Part shown: piece after piece, positions 43,592 to 51,239 of the stretch
Layout: each line of letters starts with the position of its first letter
Position numbering within the stretch: position 1 is the first letter of the stretch
Source: a virus
DNA: 64,000 nucleotides
Reading direction: 5' to 3' (one strand)
IMG/VR virus record: IMGVR_UViG_3300045988_110999
The notes under the pieces: generated by a model
Database searches by the model: none
What the model was told of the DNA's origin: nothing
Seen by the model: the letters and a program-made list of their open reading frames with translations, nothing else
Program-made: the position numbers and the translations under genes

Positions 43592-44482
43592 ATGTGTGTT
43601 ATCGCTGTCTATGAAAAAGGTTTGGTTTTGAACGAAAATGAATTAAAGAACTGCTTTACAGGCAATTCCAACGGGGCTGGACTCATGTATCAGAAAGACG
43701 GCAAAGTCCATATTGAAAAAGGCTTCATGAAATGGGATACATTCTGGGAGGCGGCTAAACATCTCCCCTCTGATGTAGATAGGGTCTTTCATTTCCGGAT
43801 TGCTACTAGTGGTAAAATCAGTGCCGCTTGTTGTCATCCCTTCCCTATCTGTGATGACTATAAGAAAATGAGCTTGGCTAGTTGTGATACCCCCATGGGA
43901 TTCGCCCATAACGGGGTTCTTGGCGATTTCGAGCCGAAGAAAGGAATGAAGTCCACTTATTCAGATTCTATGAAGTTCGGTAAAGAAGTCCTGTTCCATT
44001 TAGGTAATCTCTTAAATGAACGTAGTGTACGGGATTTGATTGAATTGTACACAACTTCCCGGTTTGCCATTATGACTCCCAAGAATACCTATATGATTGG
44101 CTCATGGGAACAGTCAAGAGAGTCGGGAGCGTTTTATAGTAACACGTCCTATGAAGGATACCGTTATTTAAATTGTTTCGACGATTCGTTCGTCAGAAGT
44201 TATTATTCCGACTTTGTTTATGGTGGATATACACAAGATGATTATACGGAAGGTATTCTCATTGAAAGATTCCCAAACAACGAAAAAATAGAAAATGAAA
44301 TTGCCGAAGCTATCGAGGAACAGTTGGGCGTGTTCATCTACGATACCGACGACTCCAATGTAGGAAAATTCAAAGATACCACATTCTTCATTGAAAGGGA
44401 ATTAGGCAAACGACTGCCAGAGAGTGGAATTATTAAAGTTGGCAAGCGTGATGTCAAATGGAGAAGAATCAGTTTAAAATAA
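43592..44482 (+). CDS. Class II (Ntn-type) glutamine amidotransferase-like protein
   Basis: Mature N-terminus 'MCVIAVYEKG' (Cys2 nucleophile), 'FHFRIATSGKISAACCHPFPI', 'FAHNGVLGDF'. ATG 43592 follows AGGAGG. Confidence 0.7.
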   Translation: MCVIAVYEKGLVLNENELKNCFTGNSNGAGLMYQKDGKVHIEKGFMKWDTFWEAAKHLPSDVDRVFHFRIATSGKISAACCHPFPICDDYKKMSLASCDTPMGFAHNGVLGDFEPKKGMKSTYSDSMKFGKEVLFHLGNLLNERSVRDLIELYTTSRFAIMTPKNTYMIGSWEQSRESGAFYSNTSYEGYRYLNCFDDSFVRSYYSDFVYGGYTQDDYTEGILIERFPNNEKIENEIAEAIEEQLGVFIYDTDDSNVGKFKDTTFFIERELGKRLPESGIIKVGKRDVKWRRISLK

Positions 44483-44495
44483 TAATAAAGTTAAA

Positions 44496-44520
44496 GGGCC
44501 TGCTTAGACAGGCCCTTTTC
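44496..44520 (+). terminator. Rho-independent terminator
   Basis: GGGCCTG-CTTAGA-CAGGCCC followed by TTTT. Confidence 0.7.
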
Positions 44521-44547
44521 TTATCCCAAAAAGAGGTGATGTTGCTT

Positions 44548-44784
44548 ATGACAAGGTTAGAGATGTATTTGACAGAAGCTACGAGGATGTATGCATTTTA
44601 TCCTTTATGGGATCGTAATGACACTCCGAGTGTAATAAGAAGGTTTATCGAGGATAGAACGAGATGTTTCGACAGGCCATACCCCCTTTTATTCGATTGT
44701 CCGAAAGTTTTGTCTTGTTACGACGATTGCGAGGCTTGCTGGAATCGTTTCTTTAAGAACTTTAGTGAGGTGCCTGCCTTATGA
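44548..44784 (+). CDS. Cys-rich small protein, paralogue 1 of 5 (C...C..CW family)
   Basis: '...CPKVLSCYDDCEACWNRFFKNF'. ATG 44548 behind AAGAGGTGA. Its stop overlaps the next ATG (ATGA). Confidence 0.6.
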   Translation: MTRLEMYLTEATRMYAFYPLWDRNDTPSVIRRFIEDRTRCFDRPYPLLFDCPKVLSCYDDCEACWNRFFKNFSEVPAL

Positions 44785-45026
44785 ATGAAGAGGAAAGGAT
44801 TTTAACAATAAGAGTAAGGAACGTCTGTAAAGATATGGGCGCAGATAATTTAAGTGTTTTCGCATCTGGATTGATAGAGTATGCGTTGGAACATGGTGGT
44901 ACAGATACCATATCAGGACTACCTCGAATCTGTTCCGGTTCTAACTGTATCGTTGGCAAGACTTGTAAAAGATGCTGGGGAAAGGAATTCGATAAGCTAC
45001 AGGAAGGTGGTGAACCATTATTATGA
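44781..45026 (+). CDS. Cys-rich small protein, paralogue 2 of 5
   Basis: 'MNEEERILTIRVRN...CSGSNCIVGKTCKRCWGKEF'; ATGA coupling on both sides. Confidence 0.65.
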   Translation: MNEEERILTIRVRNVCKDMGADNLSVFASGLIEYALEHGGTDTISGLPRICSGSNCIVGKTCKRCWGKEFDKLQEGGEPLL

Positions 45027-45280
45027 ACAGAGAAGAATTAGTATTGACCTTACGGATTAGATATGTAATGAGTATACGCAACGGGGCCAATATCACACTT
45101 GTCATAGATGACATGAGGAGATGTTGCGAAAAGCTTAATTATCAGAAGGCTTATGGATTTTCCCTTTTTTGCGCATGTCCGTGCTCCTGTACTAGGAATT
45201 GTTCCTGCTCAGAATGTTGGGAAGAAGCAATAACCAAATTCCTTATCCTTAGCAGCGGAGATGTTGATATTTCTTTGTAA
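45023..45280 (+). CDS. Cys-rich small protein, paralogue 3 of 5
   Basis: 'MNREELVLTLRIRY...CACPCSCTRNCSCSECWEEAI'. Confidence 0.65.
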   Translation: MNREELVLTLRIRYVMSIRNGANITLVIDDMRRCCEKLNYQKAYGFSLFCACPCSCTRNCSCSECWEEAITKFLILSSGDVDISL

Positions 45281-45291
45281 CGGAGGCGAAA

Positions 45292-45540
45292 ATGATGAAT
45301 AACGACGAAATGGTATTGACGATGAATATTAGGTATCTACTCACGATGAATGCAAAAGAAACGGCCCTTTTGGGGGTCATTAAAAATCGTGTTAATGTCA
45401 TCAACAACCGGAGAGAGAATAATTGCGAACCCTATGCCGGTTGTCCTTGTGACTGCCCCATAAACATAACTTGCACACAATGTTGGTCCAGGGCAATAGC
45501 CAGGTTTGTGTGTATAGAAGACAATGCGCCCGTTTTATGA
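45292..45540 (+). CDS. Cys-rich small protein, paralogue 4 of 5
   Basis: 'MMNNDEMVLTMNIRY...GCPCDCPINITCTQCWSRAI'; GGAGG SD. Confidence 0.65.
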   Translation: MMNNDEMVLTMNIRYLLTMNAKETALLGVIKNRVNVINNRRENNCEPYAGCPCDCPINITCTQCWSRAIARFVCIEDNAPVL

Positions 45541-45551
45541 GAGGTGATACT

Positions 45552-45803
45552 ATGATAGAATGTGAAATCTATATGACACTGGCAATGAGAAATGTTTACG
45601 ATAACGACTTCGTAAGGCCTTTAAAAATCAAGGACAGGGTTAAATACTTTGCCTCAGCGTACAAAGAAAGAAAGGCTACTAAAAGCTGGGTATATTGCGG
45701 GCATCCGGTTACACTATCATTTTGCCACTTTTCGTGCCCTGATTGTTGGAGACATTGGACAAAAGAATTTACAGACAATAAACAAGACCATTGCGATTTA
45801 TAA
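45552..45803 (+). CDS. Cys-rich small protein, paralogue 5 of 5
   Basis: '...YMTLAMRNVY...YCGHPVTLSFCHFSCPDCWRHW'; ATG 45552 behind GAGGTGA. Confidence 0.6.
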   Translation: MIECEIYMTLAMRNVYDNDFVRPLKIKDRVKYFASAYKERKATKSWVYCGHPVTLSFCHFSCPDCWRHWTKEFTDNKQDHCDL

Positions 45804-45817
45804 GGAGGAAACTGCCT

Positions 45818-46222
45818 ATGAAGCAAATCAACAGTTTTGCAAAGAAGATGGTAAACCGATTAAAGAAAGAAGGTTTTACGATTCAATACTACCATGCCCG
45901 AAGTACGAACAGTGTGTATCTTAAATTAGATTATGGTATGGGGCATAGTATCCGTATCAGCGACCACAAAGGGAAACACCATTTAAAGTATCGGTACAAC
46001 ATGGTTATGTATGGAACCAAACCTAGGAAGTGTATCTCTAAATTCGGCCCCCGCTATTTTGCCCCATTCAAGAACATGGAGTATATGGTGGGGATTATTA
46101 AAAAGGAGAAAGTAGGCTTAATTAATCGAATTGGAACTGATAAGTATGAAGAGGGTATGAAACTTAACTTCCTGATTAACGATGGCAAGCCTGGGTTTTG
46201 GGCGAATTATAAATTAGTATAG
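45818..46222 (+). CDS. Hypothetical protein
   Basis: ATG 45818 behind TAAGGAGGA; 'STNSVYLKLDYGMGHSIRISDHKGK' not assignable by eye. Confidence 0.6.
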   Translation: MKQINSFAKKMVNRLKKEGFTIQYYHARSTNSVYLKLDYGMGHSIRISDHKGKHHLKYRYNMVMYGTKPRKCISKFGPRYFAPFKNMEYMVGIIKKEKVGLINRIGTDKYEEGMKLNFLINDGKPGFWANYKLV

Positions 46223-46234
46223 GAGGTGTATCCA

Positions 46235-46531
46235 ATGACGTTCTATATGCTGGTAGAAAAGAATGATGCTTTGAATACGTCCGAGGTTGCCGTATATAGG
46301 GATTTCTCAAAGGCAGATGAAGCATTTAAAAGAAGACTCTCCTCCTGTTGGGATGCTTATTTAGGGAAGTATACCAAGACAGAGTTTTTCCGCGGCTTAC
46401 CCTATACCGACAGTGGCGGACGTTCTTACAAGGAGTGTATGAAAGACCACATCTTTGTCGCCTCTAGGAAAGAAGGTACTTTTTCTTATGAAATGGCTGT
46501 AGTTGACGAAGGGTCTAGTTTCCAATTCTAA
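46235..46531 (+). CDS. Hypothetical protein
   Basis: ATG 46235 behind TAGGAGGTG. Confidence 0.6.
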   Translation: MTFYMLVEKNDALNTSEVAVYRDFSKADEAFKRRLSSCWDAYLGKYTKTEFFRGLPYTDSGGRSYKECMKDHIFVASRKEGTFSYEMAVVDEGSSFQF

Positions 46532-46544
46532 GGAGGTATGATTT

Positions 46545-47300
46545 ATGGAATTAGTAAAAGTCGTAAACAATCAGTTAGTAACGGATAGCAGGCAGGTAGC
46601 AGGAGCTTTTGGGAAACGACATGACAATGTTATAGCTACTGTTAGGGGTCTCCTTAAAAATAAGGATACCCAACAGATGTTCTATGAAACGACTTACCAT
46701 AACGAACAGAACGGGCAAGACTACAAGATGTACCTCATGAACCGTGACGGGTTCTCTCTCCTTGTTATGGGGTTTACAGGGCCAGAGGCTTTAGAGTGGA
46801 AGATTAAGTATATCAATGCTTTCAATGAGATGGAAAAGAAGTTACAGGAATCTTCCTCCCCCGCCCTCCCCGACTTCAGCGATCCGGTTATCGCTGCTCG
46901 TGCATGGGCCGACCAGTACGAGGCAAGAAGGAAAGCAGAAAAGGCTATTGAGGAAAATAAACCAAAAGTCATTCTTGCTGAATCCATCGAGGTAAGCGAT
47001 ACAGATATCTCAATCGGTGCGCTGGCAAAGATTTTAAAACAGAATGGTGTAGATATTGGTAGGAATCGTCTGTATAGCTGGATGAGAGAAAATGGCTACC
47101 TCATCAAGACAGCTAAGAGTTGGAACCAGCCTAAACAGATTTATATGGACGCTGGCTATTTCCGGATTACAGAGACAGTCCATGACAGCGGTTACGGTTA
47201 TACTCCCAAGATTTATGTCACCACCTACGTAACAGGCAAAGGACAGAAATATTTCATCAATAAGTTCTTAGCTAGCAAAGATTTGAAACCAGTTGGTTAA
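46545..47300 (+). CDS. Rha-family regulatory domain fused to a KilAC/ANT antirepressor domain
   Basis: 'VVNNQLVTDSRQVAGAFGKRHDNVIATVRGL...YLMNRDGFSLLVMGFTGPEALEWKIKYINAFNEME', then 'ISIGALAKILKQNGVDIGRNRLYSWMRENGYL...YVTGKGQKYF'. Confidence 0.8.
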   Translation: MELVKVVNNQLVTDSRQVAGAFGKRHDNVIATVRGLLKNKDTQQMFYETTYHNEQNGQDYKMYLMNRDGFSLLVMGFTGPEALEWKIKYINAFNEMEKKLQESSSPALPDFSDPVIAARAWADQYEARRKAEKAIEENKPKVILAESIEVSDTDISIGALAKILKQNGVDIGRNRLYSWMRENGYLIKTAKSWNQPKQIYMDAGYFRITETVHDSGYGYTPKIYVTTYVTGKGQKYFINKFLASKDLKPVG

Positions 47301-47318
47301 AAAGGAGGAGGAGTAAGT

Positions 47319-47576
47319 ATGAAGCAAGTCAAACAAAGTAAACAGAAAACGACTCAAGAAGTTGTAGCCTATATGCGTCGGCAATCAAGGATAGACGCCC
47401 GTTACATGAACATGGAATACGAGGATTACCGGTTCCGTTGGAGGAACTGGCTCAAGGAAAAGGATAAGAGGCAGGCTGGATACATGTCTGCCTTCCTGTC
47501 CGATAGCCCGAACCTTGATAACCTCTATGTTTGCGAGGCTATTTACTCGTACAAGAAAAGCGGGTTCATGCAATAA
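47319..47576 (+). CDS. Hypothetical protein
   Basis: ORF track; AAGGAGGAGGAG SD. Confidence 0.6.
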   Translation: MKQVKQSKQKTTQEVVAYMRRQSRIDARYMNMEYEDYRFRWRNWLKEKDKRQAGYMSAFLSDSPNLDNLYVCEAIYSYKKSGFMQ

Positions 47577-47617
47577 GGTTGCTTTGATATTTATACAATG
47601 ATATGGGAGGTATTGTT

Positions 47618-47875
47618 ATGAGTAGTTATTCAGAAAAATATAAATATATATACAAAACATTCAAAAAGGCTCATTTAAAGAGGTCTTTGGGGGATGAGTA
47701 CCTAGACAGCATTGGAGAAACCACAAGGCTTCACTCCCCTATGGTATACGAGGCAGAATATGGTATACTATACTTACGAGATGACGCAGTATTTGATTTA
47801 TTGAACTATATAGAGGAGTTGAAAGCTAATGCAACTAAAACCGTACCAGCAGGTAGCCGCCGACAGGATTTCTAA
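47618..47875 (+). CDS. Hypothetical protein
   Basis: ATG 47618 behind GGGAGGT; its 3' end overlaps the helicase start by 47 nt. Confidence 0.55.
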   Translation: MSSYSEKYKYIYKTFKKAHLKRSLGDEYLDSIGETTRLHSPMVYEAEYGILYLRDDAVFDLLNYIEELKANATKTVPAGSRRQDF

Positions 47876-49010
47876 ATCTTATCAGCTTATCCTTGCCGAT
47901 GAAATGGGGCTTGGGAAGACAGCAGAGTTATTGAGAGGATTGTGGCCGACATTCGTTAGCTATCGGACAAGGAAGATACTCGTAGTCTGCCCGGCCTCAT
48001 TGAAATGGAACTGGGTACGGGAAATAAAACGGTGGTTCGGGCCATTCATAGCCAAACCGGATGACATGCGGCTCCGTATCGTCGTCACGAACTACGAACG
48101 GTTAAAGAACTACGTAGATTATGCGAGGAAGGGCCTTTTCGGAACAGTAGTATTCGATGAGGCCCATTACCTCAAAAATCCCAAATCACAACGGTTCTAC
48201 TATGCGAATGTCATTGCCACTTACGCCGAAAAACGTTTCCTCCTCACGGGTACGCCCATGGTGTCCGGCCCTTGTGACTTAGCTCCCTTACTGGACATCT
48301 TAGGTCTGCTCCCCCTCTTTGGAGGATATGAAGGCTTCTACAAACGATACTGTAATCCGATCTGGAATGGTTATGGCTGGGACTACTCCGGTTCCTCCAA
48401 TAAGGACGAGTTGAAAGAAAAGTTAAAAGAGTATATGATAAGAAGGACAAAGAAAGAATGTGGTATCAAACTTCCCCCGAAAAAGATAGTTGATGTACCT
48501 GTCATAGAGTGCAAGCAGAGTTTCGCTGAATCCCTACAGGAAATCGAGGAACAGACACAGGTAGTCAATAGACTTAAATTCCCCTATTCTATCAAGTTCA
48601 TAGATGACTTATTGGCTAAAGGGAAACGACCTGTCGTATTCGTTCACCACCGGGACTTAATGAGGAAGCTAGCAAAACACTACGGAAAGAAGGCGGTAAA
48701 GATAACCGGAGGCCAATCCATGGAGAATAGGCAGAAAGCAATAGACGCATTTCAGGACGAGGATGTTCCTTTGATTTTCTGTTCCCTCCAAGCTTCTGCT
48801 ACAGGGATTACCTTGACCAGTAGTGATACAGCTGTATTCCTCGAATACTTGTGGTCTCCGTCCGTATCTCAGCAGGCACAGGATAGGATTCACCGGTTAT
48901 CACAGACGAAACCTGTTACGATTTATAATCTGTATTGTCCTAAGTCAATCGAAATGCAGAAAGGCATGAGGTCTTATGCAAAAGAGCTGGACATGAAAGG
49001 TATTTTGTAA
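47829..49010 (+). CDS. SNF2-family (DEAD-like) helicase, compact form
   Basis: 'LKPYQQVAADRI...LILADEMGLGKTAE', 'VVFDEAHYLKN', 'LLTGTP', 'QAQDRIHRLSQTKPVTIYNLY'. Confidence 0.85.
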   Translation: MQLKPYQQVAADRISKSYQLILADEMGLGKTAELLRGLWPTFVSYRTRKILVVCPASLKWNWVREIKRWFGPFIAKPDDMRLRIVVTNYERLKNYVDYARKGLFGTVVFDEAHYLKNPKSQRFYYANVIATYAEKRFLLTGTPMVSGPCDLAPLLDILGLLPLFGGYEGFYKRYCNPIWNGYGWDYSGSSNKDELKEKLKEYMIRRTKKECGIKLPPKKIVDVPVIECKQSFAESLQEIEEQTQVVNRLKFPYSIKFIDDLLAKGKRPVVFVHHRDLMRKLAKHYGKKAVKITGGQSMENRQKAIDAFQDEDVPLIFCSLQASATGITLTSSDTAVFLEYLWSPSVSQQAQDRIHRLSQTKPVTIYNLYCPKSIEMQKGMRSYAKELDMKGIL

Positions 49011-49024
49011 AAGGAGGATTTATT

Positions 49025-49225
49025 ATGAAAAAAATCGCTATGGTATTGCTGTTAATGTTGACTTTAGGTATGGCAAGCATATCCGCATACGGTGGTAATC
49101 CTAGAAATGAATGTCCATATTGTGGTGCCCCCTCTCACTTCACTGGACAACGAGGCTATTACTATAGTAACTCGTGGGATGTGTACGAATGCTCGAATGG
49201 CCACAGATACGACGTTCCCGACTAG
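49025..49225 (+). CDS. Small secreted Cys-containing protein
   Basis: Signal peptide 'MKKIAMVLLLMLTLGMASISAYG', then CPYC...C..H. Confidence 0.6.
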   Translation: MKKIAMVLLLMLTLGMASISAYGGNPRNECPYCGAPSHFTGQRGYYYSNSWDVYECSNGHRYDVPD

Positions 49226-49229
49226 GTAC

Positions 49230-49270
49230 AAAAAAAGAGCCGGGGTTATTCTTCCCCGGCTTCTTTATTT
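49230..49270. terminator. Bidirectional terminator between the convergent blocks
   Basis: A-run, GCCGGGG-N8-CCCCGGC, then a T-rich run. The terS stop codon lies in the loop. Confidence 0.75.
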
Positions 49271-49704
49271 TCCAGTTCCTTTTCATATCGTTCCAAAGCA
49301 CCTCTTGATACTCTGGATTCGATAGATACGTACTTGGCAGATTCGGTCTGGTTCTTGTTGATAGGATTCAGACCAGCACGGTCAAGCATATCTTTCGTAG
49401 CTTGGAAGCGGACCGACTCCGAGTCTGCATTCCTAGCTAAGTCCAGCATATTCTCTTTCATTTCTTCGGCATTATCCATAAAACGTTTCATCATTTCTTT
49501 TTGACGTTCTGCTAAGGCGTCTTTAACGACTTGTAATTTCTCTGGCTGGCTACTAGGACTATAACCAGCTACTTCAAGTGCTTTCTTTTTACTGCCTGTC
49601 GTCATTAGGGTATCTACGAATTTAGCCTGCTTTTCGGTGGCAGTCTTCTTTCTTTTTCTCCCCGGCTTCCTCCGGCAGTCGTGCTGAGGTTTATTATTTG
49701 CCAT
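49246..49704 (-). CDS. terS: Terminase small subunit (HTH type)
   Basis: 'RKRKKTATEKQAKFVDTLMTTGSKKKALEVAGYSPSS' matches the terS pattern 'kQ..F...y...g....A...AGYS'. ATG 49704 behind GAGAGGAGGT. Confidence 0.6.
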   Translation of the reverse strand: MANNKPQHDCRRKPGRKRKKTATEKQAKFVDTLMTTGSKKKALEVAGYSPSSQPEKLQVVKDALAERQKEMMKRFMDNAEEMKENMLDLARNADSESVRFQATKDMLDRAGLNPINKNQTESAKYVSIESRVSRGALERYEKELENKEAGEE

Positions 49705-49792
49705 TTTACCTCCTCTCAAGGCCGTTTTTCGACCTTTGTATTTCCACAGGATAAATTGCACGTGCAATGGTTGTTATACCCGTCAGAGGCCC

Positions 49793-49999
49793 TCACAAGG
49801 GCTTCTTTTTAGATTTTTGGGCAAGATATGTAGCTGGCATCACCCCGAATCGGTATGGGTGAAGAGAGCATTTCCTTAAAGGACATTCCTCTACCATTTT
49901 ACTTGTCCCGTCTCCACAGGCTAGGCAGTGTTTCCGGATGGCTTTTAAGGGGGACGGATTCTTGGGAACGTCTACAGATGGGAGTTTCTTTCTCGGCAT
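49793..49999 (-). CDS. Small zinc-ribbon protein
   Basis: 'AIRKHCLACGDGTSKMVEECPLRKCSLHPYRFG' (CxxC...C....C). Confidence 0.6.
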   Translation of the reverse strand: MPRKKLPSVDVPKNPSPLKAIRKHCLACGDGTSKMVEECPLRKCSLHPYRFGVMPATYLAQKSKKKPL

Positions 50000-50003
50000 G
50001 GAA

Positions 50004-50447
50004 TCACCCTTTCAAATATTCATACAAATCACCGAACTGTTCTGTATAATAAGGGATAGCCTGTTTAATCTTATGATGGATGACAGATAAGCGGCGGTAC
50101 AATTCGTTACGGGAGATGCCGGCATCTTCGGCCATTTTTGTTGCCGTACCTGTTCTCAAGGTGTATTTGCTGAAGATTTCCCATTCCCTCTCGGTAAGGA
50201 TAGAGCGTATCCAATCAATGAAATGAAGTATCTTTTCCGATTCTTCCCAGCCAATCACAATATCTTCTGGGGATTTCCCCAGCTTCACGTACTGGTATTT
50301 ATTCGTAAGCTTTTCTTTTTTCCGGTTTTCGTTTACGTCGTTGATGTATTCTTCTCGTTTTGTAAGTCTGGTGATGTTATCGCAGACATCTTCTCCGCTA
50401 ATCAAGCCCTGTTCATAGCGGTCGATCAAGTCATCTAAGTATCCCAT
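50004..50447 (-). CDS. Sigma-70 region-4-like HTH protein (putative late-gene activator or sigma factor)
   Basis: 'LTEREWEIFSKYTLRTGTATKMAEDAGISRNELYRRLSVIHHKIKQAI'; lies just upstream of terS, as RinA/ArpU/sigma-type activators do. Confidence 0.55.
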   Translation of the reverse strand: MGYLDDLIDRYEQGLISGEDVCDNITRLTKREEYINDVNENRKKEKLTNKYQYVKLGKSPEDIVIGWEESEKILHFIDWIRSILTEREWEIFSKYTLRTGTATKMAEDAGISRNELYRRLSVIHHKIKQAIPYYTEQFGDLYEYLKG

Positions 50448-50686
50448 CAGGCTAAATGATGCCTCCGGTCTACTTCCAATCCTCTAGGGAGTTTGCTTCC
50501 GTAATAGTTATATTGACGGAGAACTCCACAGGGGATTTTTTTATTGACAAATCGCTTCACGGTCTCGATACCTTTATATCGGACCTCACGGGAAATACCT
50601 TCCAAGTAAGTTTGGGCTTCTTCCTTACTATCGGCAGAGATAGCTGCTTTATAATATTCCCCGGCTGTATCTATGTAGAAAACATA
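50447..50686 (-). pseudogene. 79-codon ORF whose only SD+ATG is out of frame by one T in a T4 run (frameshifted start, or a sequencing indel)
   Basis: GGAGGTATATGTTTTCTAC: the ATG frame stops after 4 codons. The adjacent frame encodes 'YVFYIDTAGEYYKAAISADSKEEAQTYLEGISREV...' and ends in a TGATG overlap with the next gene. Confidence 0.5.
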
Positions 50687-50711
50687 TACCTCCGTTTTAC
50701 GTCACCTCTTA

Positions 50712-51026
50712 TCATTCTTCAACCTCCAGCTCCATGTATTGAACTCCAAAATCTATGGCAGAATCATAATCATTGAACACAATGTCGATATGGTTATCAC
50801 TACCTTCTCCTATCCTATCCCCTACTACATACCTCTGGCCGTTCAAGTAAATAACCGTACCCAGAGGAAGGAAGTCACAAGCTACGTAACCTTCTTGTAT
50901 CTCCATCCCGTTCGCCATGACCGGGCCGCTCTCGTAGGCAGTGTAAGCAGTACACATGACCTGCCAAGCGGATACCGGCATAGCAAAGGAAACTAGCAGG
51001 AGGAGGATTGCCAATAACTTCGGCAT
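50712..51026 (-). CDS. Secreted 3D-domain (MltA/RlpA-like double-psi beta-barrel) protein
   Basis: Signal peptide 'MPKLLAILLLLVSFAMPVSA', then 'CTAYTAYESGPVMANGMEIQEGYVACDFLPLGTVIYLNGQRYVVGDRIGEGSDNHIDIVF'. Confidence 0.7.
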   Translation of the reverse strand: MPKLLAILLLLVSFAMPVSAWQVMCTAYTAYESGPVMANGMEIQEGYVACDFLPLGTVIYLNGQRYVVGDRIGEGSDNHIDIVFNDYDSAIDFGVQYMELEVEE

Positions 51027-51053
51027 CTAACGCCTCCCATCGTCATTCACGAA

Positions 51054-51239
51054 TTACATAACATTAAGCAGAAAACCGATTAACATAACCATAATCCCCC
51101 AGAACATGACACCCACGGTAGCACCGGCGTAAGAGGATATATAGATAGACATGCTACTACCGAATATGAAGGCCCCTAGAAAAAAGATGGCCCAGCTGAT
51201 TTCCGGTGTAGAGAAAAAAGCTTTAATCTTTTCGAGCAT
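51054..51239 (-). CDS. Small two-TM membrane protein
   Basis: ATG 51239 behind GGAGGTGA; 'ISWAIFFLGAFIFGS...VGVMFWGIMVMLIGFLL'. Confidence 0.55.
   Translation of the reverse strand: MLEKIKAFFSTPEISWAIFFLGAFIFGSSMSIYISSYAGATVGVMFWGIMVMLIGFLLNVM

Noticed and set aside
50456-50776. 106-aa plus-strand ORF
   Set aside because: It is antisense to a better-supported minus-strand ORF, which has translational coupling to the next gene and a plausible protein sequence. It also runs into the 3D-domain gene.
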